A stretch of 64,000 bases of DNA, taken from positions 267,950 through 331,949 of the forward strand of contig NIVC01000102.1 in assembly GCA_002269645.1 (NCBI GenBank), in the 5' to 3' direction. Below the pieces are notes generated by a model that saw only the letters and a list, made by a program, of their open reading frames with translations, made no database searches and was not told the DNA's origin. The position numbers and the translations under genes are program-made. Source of the DNA: Macrostomum lignano. Its lineage: Eukaryota. Below are positions 40,750 through 54,038 of this stretch, one piece after another; positions within the stretch are counted from its first letter, which is position 1; every line of letters begins with the position of its first letter.

Positions 40750-41052
40750 CCCTGGTGCTAAAGCCCCTGCTGCTAAAGCCCCTGGTGCTAAAGGCCCTGG
40801 TGCTAAAGCCCCTGGTGCTAAAGGCCCTGGTGCTAAAGGCCCTGGTGCTAAAGCCCCTGGTGCTAAAACCCCTGGTGGTAAAGCTCCTGGTAAGGCCCTT
40901 GTGGTAAGGCCCCTGGTGGTAAGGCCCCTGGTGGTGAGGCCCCTGGTGGTAAGGCCCCTGGTGGTGAGGCCCCTGTTGGTAAGGCCCCTGGTGGTGAGGC
41001 CCCTGGTGGTAAGGCCCCTGGTGACATGGCCCCTGGTGGTAAGGCCCCTGGT
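40750..41052. repeat. 15-bp tandem repeat related to 39688-39810
   Basis: About 20 units of CTAAAGCCCCTGGTG / AAGGCCCCTGGTGGT. Confidence 0.85.
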
Positions 41053-41434
41053 AGAAAAGCGTATCAAAACGCAGCGATGGCCTCCTTTCCACTCTGTCCA
41101 TTTTTATCTCCCCATCTCTCCGTTTCTATCCTCTCTTATCACCTTCAATCTCTTCTGTCTCTCATTTTCCAGTTTCCATCTCTATTCTCTCCTTGACCAT
41201 TCCATTTGCCACCCCTCACGACTTGCCTCATCCACTTCCCCGAGTTCAGCCAGAGGATTGTCAAACAAAACCACACAGTGATTAGATAAAACGGAGAAAC
41301 TTTGCATGACCGTAAATTGTTACCATATTTTCAACCCCTCAGACTTACAAGGACGAAAGCAGAGAGGCAATTTTTGGTTCTAGCCAGCAGCATCAAACCA
41401 GCCACAGTAAAACCTTGTATAGGAGGAGAAACCA

Positions 41435-43027
41435 ATGAGCCAAAGAGAAAGCGCTTACGAATCCGTGAAGGCTGGAGACATCCAAGCACTGCAGCATCAT
41501 TTGCAGCTTCAGAAAAGCGAGACAGATAAAACAAACTTTTGTGAAAAATGTGTGCCAATTGCAGCTAAAGAAAGACAGTGGGAGGTTGTGAAATTTCTCG
41601 TGCCCACAGTCGCTGACCGAGAAAACAGAGATCTGTGCTGCATTGGGGCTGCGGAATATGCTGCATCCGCTGGTGAGTGGGATGTGGTGAAGTTTCTGGT
41701 GCAGACAATCCTTGACCAAATTAACAGAGATCAGTGCTGCATGGGGACTGCGGAATATGCTGGATTCGCTGGTGAGTGGGATGTGGTGAAGTTTCTGGTG
41801 CAGAAAGTCACTGACCAAACAAACAGAGATCAGTGCTGCATTGAGGCAGCAAAACAAGGCGCATACAAAGGTCAGTTAGAAGTGGTAAAGTTTCTGGTGC
41901 AGACAATAGCTGACCAGACAAACAAAGATCAGTGCTGCAGGAAGGCAGCAAAATCTGCAGCAATCAATGGTCAATTAGAAGTGGTGAAGTTTCTTGTGCA
42001 GACAGTCTCTGAACAAACAAAAAGAGATCAGTTCTGCAGGAAGGTAGCAAAAGCTGCAGCAATCAATGGTCAATTAGAAGTGGTGAAGTTTCTTGTGCAG
42101 ACAGTCTCTGAACAAACAAAAAGAGATCAGTGCTGCATCGAGGCTGCCGAATCTGCTGCAACCGAGGGTCAGTTAAAAGTGGTGAAGTTTCTGGTGCAGA
42201 CAGTCGCTGACCCAACAAAAAGAGATCAGTTCTGCATTGACTCTGCCAAATCTGCTGCAGAATCGAATCAAGAAAAAGTCGTCAAGTTCCTCATCTCGTG
42301 TCTCTCAAGTCCGGATCAAAGAGCGAATCTTCGTTTCCAATGCGCAGTCGCGGCTTGCTCTCGTCTTTTCGAAGATGTCGTTGCCTCCCTCGGCCTCGAG
42401 CCCGACTGGCTCTTCCAATCCAGCACCATCCTCAGCTTCACTGCAGCAATGGCCATCGAAGGCATAAACTCTGTTCTCAACGACACCCTCTCTCGAATGC
42501 AGCCAGCTCGCATCACAGAGCTGCTTTGTCTCTCCATCTCTCAAAGACACGTCGCTCTTGCTGTCACACTGATCAATGATGAGCGAGTCAGCACAGAGCA
42601 TGTCGATCTGCCAGACAGCACTGGAGCCACTGCTCTTATGCTGGCAGCTGATGCAGGTCATCACGAGCTCATTGAGAAGCTCATCGATCTCGGTGCGTCA
42701 GTGCGTGCTGAAGACAGTCAGGGTCGGACTGCTCTGTCACGAGCGTGCGAAGCCGGTCACGCGCGAGCAGCCAAGGTTCTGATGGACAGAGGAGCGGATG
42801 CGAGTCATCGAGACGGTCGGGGTCTGACGTGTGCACAGGTGGCACAGCGGTTTGAGCAGCGGCAGGTGCTGCGGCTACTGGATCCCAGTGGAGCGGGGTG
42901 AGTGAAGCGAAAATTTCGCAAACTTTTGAGTACTTTATCGCGTTTTAGTAAAGTAAGTACTTCTGTAATGTTGAAGAGCTCGCTTTAGCACACTAGAGAG
43001 AAAGGGACAGAAAGAGAAAGAGAGAGA

Positions 43028-43077
<50 letters not shown>

Positions 43078-46000
43078 TAAGTCTAGTGTCTAAACGCACG
43101 AACTCCTTTTTCCAGATCGCAAGTAAGTGACCGAATTCAGTGATCACTTACTATTGCGGGCTCCTCTTTGTCGTGCTGGTCCGTAGAGCTTGTCTACTCA
43201 AGTTTTCCTCCTCCGGATTTCTTAAGATTCTGAAGGCGGCTGAATATGATAGCATTTTAATGAATTTAACAAATTGATCCGTCGACGTTAATGTATTTCT
43301 TTTAATCAGTAAATACCGATATCCGGGATGCGCCCTAGTAATAAACTCAACTCTAGGACAATAGCGAGGTCCTCCAAAAGAGCGTATGTTTCTAGAAGTA
43401 ACGGAATCGGAGTCCTGTGCTCATATCGGGTACTCTTGGGTACCAAACTCAATCAATCAAACATCGTCTAAGAGTTTCGGAATCGGTCCGCGGATCCTAC
43501 GAGTATCCAATCCCATAGGACTATGGAGGCCTCAAATTCAATAGCTCAATATAAATCGACAGATTAGTAACGGCCGACAATGCGCAGCTATCAATAACTA
43601 AATAACAATTGCCTCGTTATGCTGCTCTAGCAAACTCAAGATCTCTTTTCAGCTCGGATTTTACGTTTGTATTTATACATGATTTGATCCGAACATGGCC
43701 TCTACCCATTTTTTGATGAGGTCAAAAAAGAAATTCTATCATTTGACAGGTGGGGTTTTTTGAATAAAAAGGGTGAGACTTAGATCACATTCAGGTTAGC
43801 ATTTGCCATATTCGGAAGTTCTAAAAGTAGTGGTGATGCCTAGTAGGTGCCTAGTGATAGTGCCTAGTGGTTAGAGCGTTGGTGGAAGGTCGGGGGTTCG
43901 ATTCTCGACCGACTCGGAACAATTTGTGTTCTTGAGCAAGACATTTAACTCTGCATTGCTTCAGTTCACCCAGCTGTAAAATCGTAAAATCAAGGGTAAT
44001 TGAGGCTGTGTGTGGCGACCCCCGCAGTCCTTGGACTGAACAGCCATACGCAGTCTTCAGATGCGCCGCGCAATAGCTGCGGCTGAGCTGTCGGTTGCCC
44101 ATCGACCTATTAGGCCAGATGTAATCAAATACTATTATTATTATTAAAACAGAAGTTCAAAAACCGGTTTTTCGAATAATAGGAGTCCCATTATAGGATG
44201 GTCACTCGCTGTTTTCGTGATATCATGATTTCGTGAGCAGCCCCTATCTGGGCAGCGGTTTGCTCAGGTGCAGCTCACTGCAGACCGCAGCCGCTTCAAT
44301 ATTTTCAACTCACAAATCTCCCGTCCAGCAAGCAACTTCTCTTTGAAATGGTGGTATTCCCGGTATTGACTCGACTATCTCTTGCTAATTGTCTGCTTTC
44401 TCTCGGTATTCTGCTTCCGCCTGCCTCTGCTTTCTCTTTTTGACTTTGAAAATCTTAGACTCAAATGCTGTAAGAACTTCCTTTCCTTCCTGCATTGCAG
44501 AAGCCCAGAGGCCCGACAGGCAGCCGCTCACCTCTTGGATTCGGGCCTCCATCGGTGAGTCTGATCGGTTCGGCTTTCACTGCCGCATTGCGCCTTCTAA
44601 CAGGCTGGCAGCTTGGGGCAGAAATTGCAGCGAAACTCAGCAGGGTTGAGATTGGGTTGGACTGAGTGCTGCAGCAGCTGCACTCTCAGCTCTCCTGCTT
44701 GAGATGCCAGTCTGAGTGCTGCAGCAGCTGCACTCTCAGCTCTCCTGCTTGAGATGCCAGTCTGAGTGCTGCAGCAGCTGCACTCTCAGCTCTCCTGCTT
44801 GAGATGCCAGTCTGAGTGCTGCAGCAGCTGCACTCTCAGCTCTCCTGCTTGAGATGCCAGTCTGAGTGCTGCAGCAGCTGCACTCTCAGCTCTCCTGCTT
44901 GAGATGCCAGTCTGAGTGCTGCAGCAGCTGCACTCTCAGCTCTCCTGCTTGTTCTGTCCATCCAACTTTGAGCAAGTCACCCACACGCATCTCGGATCAT
45001 TCCAGGCTCTCAGACGACTCCCAGCAAGACAGACGTCTGAGCGAGGAGCTGCATCGACTGCTCAGCGATGCTGGATTCACCGAGCAGAGAGCAAAGTGTC
45101 AGCAGAGACTGGCTGACTGGCTGGAAGGAGTCGCTCGTGTCCTCACACAGGATGGCAGGCAGATGACGGGAAGCTACGCAGAGGGCTGGGCCAACAGTCT
45201 GGTGCAAGTGAACGGCAGGACAGCTGCAGACTCGGACATTGACTGGACTGTGCTGGTTGCTGGGCATCAGTTCCATCTGGAAGGTGGCTGCAATACCGGT
45301 AAACAAAGAATTTGGCTGGATTCCTGCAAAACAGCCACTCGGCTTCAGAACAAGGAGGGCCACGTACAGGTGGCGGTAGGCGCAGGTGAGTGAGGCTGGG
45401 TTCATCATCAGAATGCTGAAATCTGCATGCAATCAGCCTCCAGCAACTTCTTTGAATGCGAATGCAGATCCGCTAAACAAATAAGTGAAAAAAACTTTCT
45501 TTTTTAAAGGATATTTCATTAGAAACTTAAACTGAACTAATCAAGAGAAAATTTGCAGTTTCAAACCAACCCATCTTTTTCACTCTCCATAAAGCGACTC
45601 TCCGCTCTCTGCGCATTTCAGGCAGCCAACCTGCAGTGGCAGCGACGGCGTGCGGTGTGCGGCCTGCACAGGACACGTGCCATGCGATCTGGTGCTGCAG
45701 CAGTTTCTGTGAAGATGGAATTAAAAAACTGCTTCCTTATACGAGTATTAATGATAATGTACACCTTGTTCGGGCGACCAGACCGAGCTCGACCAATGAG
45801 CTCAGAGTGAGCTTCAGCTTCCATGAGAAAGATATCATGAGAAACATGAGCACAGTCCAGGGCCAGCTGTTCACACTCATCAAGTTCATCTTCAAAAGAC
45901 ACTTGCCGCTCACTCTGGACACACCTGGACTCAAGACCTACCATGCAAAGACTCTGCTCTTCACAATGCTGGAGAAGCATGGCACAGATCCTTCAAGTGA

Positions 46001-47078
46001 GGCTTGGAAGCCCCACAATCTGATCGCTCTGCTCAACGAGTCTCTCGACTTGATGCTGAGCTTCATCGACTCGAGCAGCTCTCCCGATGAGTGCATGCCG
46101 CACTTCTTCATGCCCGACGCTCCGCTCTACTTCAAGAACGCTGGAATCGGCGGCGACTTCGACAACACGAAGGCGAGGGTTCGAGACCGACTTTGTGAGC
46201 TGAGAAGCGACATCGGCGGAGTGGTCGAGCAGCTGATGAGACTCGTGAGACCTCTGCAGTCAGAGAAGTTCTACTTTCACCCGTTCACTCTGCTGCCTCT
46301 GACAGCGCCGCCTGCTGTCACGGAGATCAGGAAAGGACGTGGCTCTCAACAATTGTACTGCAAGTTCGCAGACGTGTACAGTTTGGTGCACCAGTGTGTG
46401 AGCGAGCTGCAGTCGGAATCGAGCGACAGAGACACCCTGATGAGGCAGCTCAGTCTCCTGCATGAGCTGCAGTGGTGCAAGTGCGCCGCCCTGTGCATGA
46501 CCGCTATGGCGCATTTGAAGTTCGGAGAATCCGAAGATTCGGAGAGACTTGCGATGGAGCTGCAGAGACATCAGGTTCAGTTAGGGTTGATGCCACAGGA
46601 TATTGAAGGGATAGAATTCATCAGAGAAACTGAATTGCCAGAAGACTCAGACTGGGCGTGGAGGTTCTGCCTCCCCTGCGACTCTCCGCCTCGCTTCCCA
46701 TTCCTTCCCGAGTTCACGCAGACTCTGTTCACAGCCAGACTGTCGCAGCCTCTCTCCTCCCACCTGTACGTGAACTTCCGCTGCCTGAGCTGGAGTCTCC
46801 AAGCTGAGCTGCTCCGCAATCGCGCACCTGCAATCGCATTCGATCATTGGATTGAACAGCTGCTTGGAGACCCGGACTTGGAGGAGCTGCTCACTCTGGC
46901 TCACTACAGCGACTGCCGCGAGCACGTGGAGCTCAGCCTGCAGCAGATGGAGATGATCGAGGAAGAGAGACGCGTCGCCATGGAGACGCAGGACGAGGAG
47001 AAGATCGGCTGGGTCAGGCAGAAGCTAAAGAGACTTGATGCAGCAGCCGGAGTCCTCAAATTCGAGTCGCATTATTAA
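41435..47078 (+). CDS. Ankyrin-repeat / Mab-21 (cGLR) nucleotidyltransferase, copy 2; exons 41435-42897, 44501-44554, 45006-45385, 45622-47078; ~1117 aa
   Basis: GTGAGT donors at 42898, 44555 and 45386 with CAG acceptors; the phases match copies 1 and 3; the spliced frame is open; same catalytic motifs; seven 33-aa repeats. Confidence 0.88.
43010..43076. repeat. (AG)n microsatellite in intron 1 of copy 2
   Basis: Directly visible. Confidence 0.95.
43858..44147 (+). mobile_element. tRNA-derived SINE with CORE-like domain
   Basis: A-box-like TAGTGGTTAGAGCG, B-box GGTTCGATTC, CORE-like TGTGTTCTTGAGCAAGACATTTAAC..CAGCTGTAAAAT, and a (TAT)n tail. Confidence 0.65.
44664..44950. repeat. 50-bp minisatellite in intron 2 of copy 2
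   Basis: About 6 units starting at 44664, 44714, 44764 and so on. Confidence 0.93.
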
Positions 47079-47694
47079 GATATTGCTTGATTTAAATGTT
47101 CGGTCTCCCTAATCTGCTTCTTAGTCCCTGATTTTGTTCGGCTAAATTCAGTTGATCCATGGGTTTTTTGTAAATTGAATATTTTCCCTAGTTCTTCCCT
47201 TGTTGGTGACTCAGTTGCGAGGAAATGAGCACATCGAGAGCCATTGAGATCGAGTAGGCCTCCTGCTATGAACTGCAGTTTTGTACATTTGTGCTTCAAT
47301 TCATTTCACACTGCATGCTAAATAGCTTTCTCCCGTCCAAACTGCGTGTCTTCTTTGCTCTGCGGACTTCAATACCCGGTTGTAAATGCTTTTTAATGAC
47401 AACATTCAAGCCAAATGCACAGGTAACAGTTATCTACATGAACCTTGAAAATTCAAAAGTCGGCTGGGTCAGGGAGAAGCTGGAGAGACTTGATGCAGCA
47501 GCTTGAGTTCAACTCGAAATTTTGTAAGCTTTTCTGGCTTTTGCGCGAGCTTTTTGAGAAATTTTGCTGCATATTTCTCCTAAATAATTGTATTTTATGC
47601 TGAAATTATTATGTGCACATGCTCCTGGTTTATTGCAGAATCACCTCAATCGGTCTGCAAACCGATTTCATGTTCTTTCATCATGTACTCATGT

Positions 47695-48092
47695 ATCTGA
47701 CAGCTCCCTCATGAACATTCAGGGACTGACAGCCTGACAGCTCCCTCATGAACATTCAGTGACTGACAGCTCCCTCATGAACATTCAGTGACTGACAGCC
47801 TGACAGCTCCCTCATGAGCATTCAGTGACTGACAGCTCCCTCATGACCATTCAGTGACTGACAGCCTGACAAGCTCCCTCTTGAACATTCACTGACTGAC
47901 AGCCTGACAGCTCCCTCATGAACATTCAGTGACTGACAGCTCCCTCATGAACATTCAGTGACTGACAGCCTGACAGCTCCCTCATGAGCATTCAGTGACT
48001 GACAGCTCCCTCATGAACATTCAGTGACTGACAGCCTAACAGCTCCCTCATGAACATTCAGTGACTGACAGCCTGACAGCTCCGTCATGAAC
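47695..48092. repeat. 29/37-bp minisatellite (TGACAGCTCCCTCATGAACATTCAGTGAC[TGACAGCC])n
   Basis: About 12 units; only ~2 related units at 21955-22025. Confidence 0.9.
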
Positions 48093-48834
48093 AGTAACTA
48101 AAATTCGCTTATTTTATTTACTGCTGTTTCGTATTGATCAGAAAACTATAAAAATAAAAAAATTCCCCAATCTGTACTTCAGTAGCTGAAGTTGCTTTGC
48201 TCAAATGCGCTTGTAGTATGTTTGCTTGCTTTTTACAGCTCACAAATAGATTTAAAAATAATGGAAGAGTTTGTGCATGAGTTCTTAAACTCACCTTTGG
48301 TGTTCTCTGCCCCACAATGCTGCCTTCAAAGTGCGGGGTGCTGAGAGATTTGACGAATTTTCAGTTGCAGATTTGCAGAATCGCCGGTGGCTGCCTGCAG
48401 CGCCAGCAGCGGCACCTCCTGAACTTCCGGCTGTGGGTGGCCGCTCGGCTCTGCAGCATCTTTTTAAATCTAGAATGTCATTTACATCGGCATTCTTTTT
48501 ACAGATAATTTTGCCTTGAGGCATCAAAGCACTTTGGTGCAGCGAACGCACCGTAAGGATTCGATTCAAATAACTACGAGCACTTAGTATTCCTTGAAGG
48601 ATTCTCCTGTGCTTGCGGGTTTTGTGTTCAATGGATAGCGCATATTGATGCAGAAAGTGTTGTGAGGTGTGAGGAACTCTAAGAAAACTGAATGCGAATT
48701 ACCGTAAAATCCCAGTAAATAATCAAAATATCAGACTACATCCTACATGCTTTTGTGACATAGTGCTGGCCTCACTGCCGAAGTCAATCACGTTTTTCCA
48801 CGCACTGTGTCTTCACCATCACTGACGCCATGAC

Positions 48835-49030
48835 GCAATGCAGGGGCAGCAGGAAAAGAGCGCCAATGCCAGGCCGCAGTGCAGGGGCTGCAGGAAAAGG
48901 GCGCCAATGCCAGGTCGCAATGCAGGGGCAGCAGGAAAAGGGCGCCAATGCCAGGCCGCAGTGCAGGGGCAGCAGCAAAAGGGCGCCAATGCCAGGCCGC
49001 AATGCAGGGGCAGCAGGAAAAGGGCGCCAT
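48835..49030. repeat. ~41-bp minisatellite, short paralog of 24770-25465
   Basis: About 5 units, followed by the same flank as at 25465-25800. Confidence 0.9.
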
Positions 49031-49371
49031 GGCTGCGGTGCAGAGTCTGCATTTGGGCGCCGGTCCTCAGCGGCTGTCCTGGCGGGGTCGCCAGAAGGGA
49101 AGCTCAAAATTTCAGTGGGGCCGCAGCAGCCCTTCAGCTCAGCCCACTGGATTCGCCCCTGCTGCAAAATGGCCGCGTGCCGCACTGCTCAAACTCAAAC
49201 TGCAGCAAGATACTCGTAGTGGAAGCAAGCAGAGAGCAAAAATGCTCGATGAGTGGCAGGTGGGCGAGCGGTCAGCCCTGGCTACAGAGAAGACATGGAA
49301 GCTGCCAGTACAAAAATTGTTCTGCATTAAAAAATTTTAAGGTCAATAATAACCTTCAAAAATTTTACAAC

Positions 49372-49858
49372 GAAACTCGTGCTCAGATTCCAGTGAAACT
49401 CGTGCTCAGATTCCAATGAAACTCGTGCTCAGATTCCAGTGAAACTCGTTCTCAGATTCCAGAGTGAAACTCGTGCTCAGATTCCAGTGAAACTCGTGCT
49501 CAGATTCCAGTGAAACTCGTGCTCAGATTCCAATGAAACTCGTGCTCAGATTCCAGTGAAACTCGTGCTCAGATTCCAATGAAACTCGTGATCAGATTCC
49601 AGTGAAACTCGTTCTCAGATTCCAGAGTGAAACTCGTGCTCAGATTCCAGTGAAACTCGTGCTCAGATTCCAGTGAAACTCGTGCTCAGATTCCAATGAA
49701 ACTCGTGCTCAGATTCCAGTGAAACTCGTGCTCAGATTCCAATGAAACTCGTGATCAGATTCCAGTGAAACTCGTGCTCAGATTCCAGTGAAACTCGTGC
49801 TCAGATTCCACTGAAACTCGTGCTCAGATTCCAGTGAAACTCGTGCTCAGATTCCAAT
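49372..49858. repeat. 23-bp satellite, short paralog
   Basis: About 21 units with the same left flank (AAAATTTTACAAC) as the 13-kb array. Confidence 0.95.
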
Positions 49859-50518
49859 AAAGCTTGTCTCAGTTGTGAAGAATCTGATCTGAATCTGATC
49901 TGAATCCCGGATAAAGTGAGACTGAAATGGCCAATTTTAATTTTGCTATTCTGATATTCCGAAAGCGTTTCAGACACGATTTTCCTGCCAATGCGCAGTT
50001 ACATGTACTCATTGGTGTGAGGGCTAAATGCTTTCTTTTATGTTTCCTTTGTCTGCCCAGTCAGCCCTCCCAATGTGCGGGAATGAGTTTCCATTGTGGC
50101 CGCTGCACACACTTGCATTAAAAAGACCCCACTCTGCTGTGCGTTTTTTTGCTCTGCTTTGCCGTCTGGTTTTTCTCTCCCAGCCTTTCCTCATTCCAAC
50201 CAGCGTTCGGTACTTCTGTAGCAGCCCGCCGCTGCTCTTGGCTAGAACTTCTGCCCCTCTGCCGTCTTCTGTCTCTTCCTTTTATCCCAAGTATCAGTGT
50301 TGGCTTGCTGCAGAGCCTCCTGCCTGCTTTTGCGAGTTCCGCCTTCTCTGCGGCCTGGGAGTCTTTGCCTGCCGCTCCGTCAGCAGACTGGCGAGTTCAT
50401 AATCATAACTGGCGATCGGTGAGTCCTGCTCTGCCCTGCTTCAGTCTGCTGGGTTTGCGTTGGAGTGGGCTGTTAATTGGGCTTGCGATTGCTCACTGAC
50501 TAAGAGTCACTATCTAAG

Positions 50519-50966
<448 letters not shown>

Positions 50967-51359
50967 AGCACGGATGACGCTACCATTTAAACCGTGCCTA
51001 GTGAGGCTCAGATTGCTGGGGCAGGCGGTAGGTAAACAGGTTGAACATTTCAGCATAATCTGAATTTTAGACTGCCTGACCGGGGCAAAAAGGGCGAACT
51101 GAGCTGCAGACAGCACCGGTGACTGACAGCTGCTACTTTGACAGCAGCCAAAGATCAAAGGTAAGATTCACCTCTCCATCTCTCCCTTCCTCTCTTTCTC
51201 TCTCCCTCCCCTTTTTATCTCTTCCTGCCTTTCTCATTTCTGCCCCCTCTTTTTCTACCCTCTTTCTCAATTCCATTTTCTCGCTCCTCTCTTTCTCCCT
51301 TCCTCCTTGCTTTTTCTCTCACTTTTAGCCTTTCACGTCCAATGCCGCTCTCCAGAACA

Positions 51360-54002
51360 ATGAACCAAAACCAAAGTCGCCATCAGTCCCTCACCACCGA
51401 CAACATCACGCAAACTGCTCGACGCGCTGCAACCCACGGGAGCTTTAACGACATCGTCGAGGCTACTTGCACTGCTGCAAGAATTGGTCACGTTGAAGAC
51501 GTCAAGTTTCTCGTCTCACAAATCAATGACCGATCAAACAGGGACACCTGCTGTAATAAAGCTGCCGAAAGCGCTCTACTTTATGGTCACTTTGAAATCA
51601 TCAAGTTTCTAGTTCCACAATTCAATGACCAATCAAACAGGGACACCTGCTGCATCGAAGCTGCCGTAAATGCTGCAGACCGGGGTCACTTTGAAATCGT
51701 CAAGTTTCTCGTCTCACGAATCAATGACCGATCAAAAAGGGACGCCTGCTGCAAAAACGCTGCCGAATGGGCTGTCCTTCCTGGTCACTATGAAATCATC
51801 AAGTTTTTAGTTCCACAATTCAATGACCAATCAAACAGGGAGACCTACTGCACCAAAGCTGCCGGTATTGCTGCAGACCGGGGTCACATTGAAATCGTCA
51901 AGTTTCTCGTCATGCAAATCAATGACCAACCAAACAGGGACACTTGCTGCATCAATGCTGCCAAAAACGCTGCAAAAGAGGGTCACTTCGAAATCGTCGA
52001 GTTTCTCATTGCGTGTCTCTCGAGTCCGGATCAGAGAGCGAATCTCCGTTTCCAATGCGCAGTCGCGGCTTGCTCTCGTCTTCGCGAAAATGCCGTTGCC
52101 TCCCTCGTACTCGAACCGGAATGGCTTTTCAAATACAGCTCCATCCTCAGCTTTACTGCAGCAAAGGCCATCGAAGGCAGGAACTTTGTGCTCAACGACA
52201 CCCTCTCTCGAATGCAACCAGATCAAATAACATGCCTGCTCCGTCTCTCCATCTCTCAAAGACACGTCGCTCTTGCCGCCACACTGCTCAATAATGAGCG
52301 ATTCAGCACACAGCATGTCGATCTCCCAGACGACAACACCGGAGCCACCGCTCTCATGCTCGCAGCTGATGCAGGTCATCACGAACTCATTCACCAACTC
52401 ATCCATCTCGGCGCCTCACTGCACGCTCAAGACACTCACGGTCGCACTGCTCTCTCACGAGCCTGCCAAGCCGGTCACGTGCGAGCAGCCAAGACTCTTA
52501 TCGACAATGGAGCCGATGCCAGCCATCGAGACAGTCAGGGCCTCACGTGTGCGGAGCTCGCACAGCGATTTGAGCAGCGGCAGGTGCTGCGGCTGCTAAA
52601 TCCCACCGAGTCAGTTGCCATTAGTTGCCATTCTACTTGCAATCACTTCGCTACCTTATCTCGCTTTTCTTCACACATTCCAGAAACCCTCAGCACCCCC
52701 CGCCAGCCGCTCACCGCCTCCATCCGTGAGTCTGACTGCTTTCACTGCCCTTTCTTGGGTCGAGCTTGGGCCACGCTGCAAATCCACCTCCACTGACTCC
52801 TTTCTCACCTCTCCACCCAGACTCTCAGATCACTCCGAGCAAGACCGCCGTCTCAGCGAGGAGCTGCATCGACTGCTCAGCGAGGCGGGATTCACCGAGC
52901 AGAGAGCAAAGCGTCAGCAGAGACTGGCTGACTGGCTGCAACAAGTAGCAAAAGACGTCGCACAGGATGGCAACTGCAGGCAGATGACGGGCAGCTACGC
53001 AGAGGGCTGGGCCAACAGTCTGGTGCAAGTAAACGGCAGGACAGCTGCAGACTCGGACATTGACTGGACTGTGCTGGTTGCTGGGCAAAAGTTCCATCTA
53101 GAAGGCGGCTGCGATGGACAAGAAAGCTTCCGGGATTCCTGCAAAGACGCCACTCCGCTGCAGGTCAAGGAGGGCCACGCACAGGTGCCAGTCGGAGCAG
53201 GTGAGTGACGCTCGGCTCCCTATGCCAATCCATGAATTGCTCAATCGATTTTTTATTCAATACGAAGTTTCTGAATTTTTTAGTTCACAAGTTCAACCTG
53301 AATTTAAAACCATTCTGAAAAACATCCAGCTCTCATTCCACTTTGAAAAAAATTCTGGCAACCAATCAGGCAACTTGTTTGATTGTCTTATGAATTGATT
53401 TCCAGTCCTTCAGTTACTTTCAGCCTTCTCAACAGCTCATCTCAACAGACACTTAGTGTTCTTTTCATTGTATTTCGTGGCTCTTTTAGTTAATGAGCAC
53501 GAGGTAATATACGCCAGACAATCGTTGTCACGGACGGAGACCGCTGATTATTTATCCAATGTCTTGCCTCAGCACCTCAGATGTTATGATTACAATGCTT
53601 ACTATGCGCAGTACGTTAAAATCTGATCTGAAAGGAAGTTTAATAACTTTTCGCTTTCTCTCCCCATCATCAACCCCATAGCGGTGCCCCTGCAAGCACT
53701 TTAACGAATACTTTGCTTCATTCATTGATTACTTATTGATTTTGTAGTAGCACTGACACATGAGCAGAACGAACTCGACCAGCACATTCAAGCAGTTTCA
53801 AACAAACATATTTTTCACTCGCCATAAAGCCACTCTCCGCTAACTACGCTCTGCAGGCAGCCAACCTGCAGTCACAGCCACGGCATGCGGTGTGCGGCCT
53901 GCACAGGACACATGCCATGCGATCCAGTGCTGCAGAAGTTTCTGCAAGGCCAGAATGAGAAAACTGATTCCATTCAGTATTTTTGATGGTGACACTGATG
54001 AC

Positions 54003-54038
<36 letters not shown>

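Noticed and set aside
43858-43915. Functional tRNA gene
   Set aside because: No complete cloverleaf or anticodon arm; it continues into CORE-like sequence and a simple-repeat tail, i.e. a SINE.
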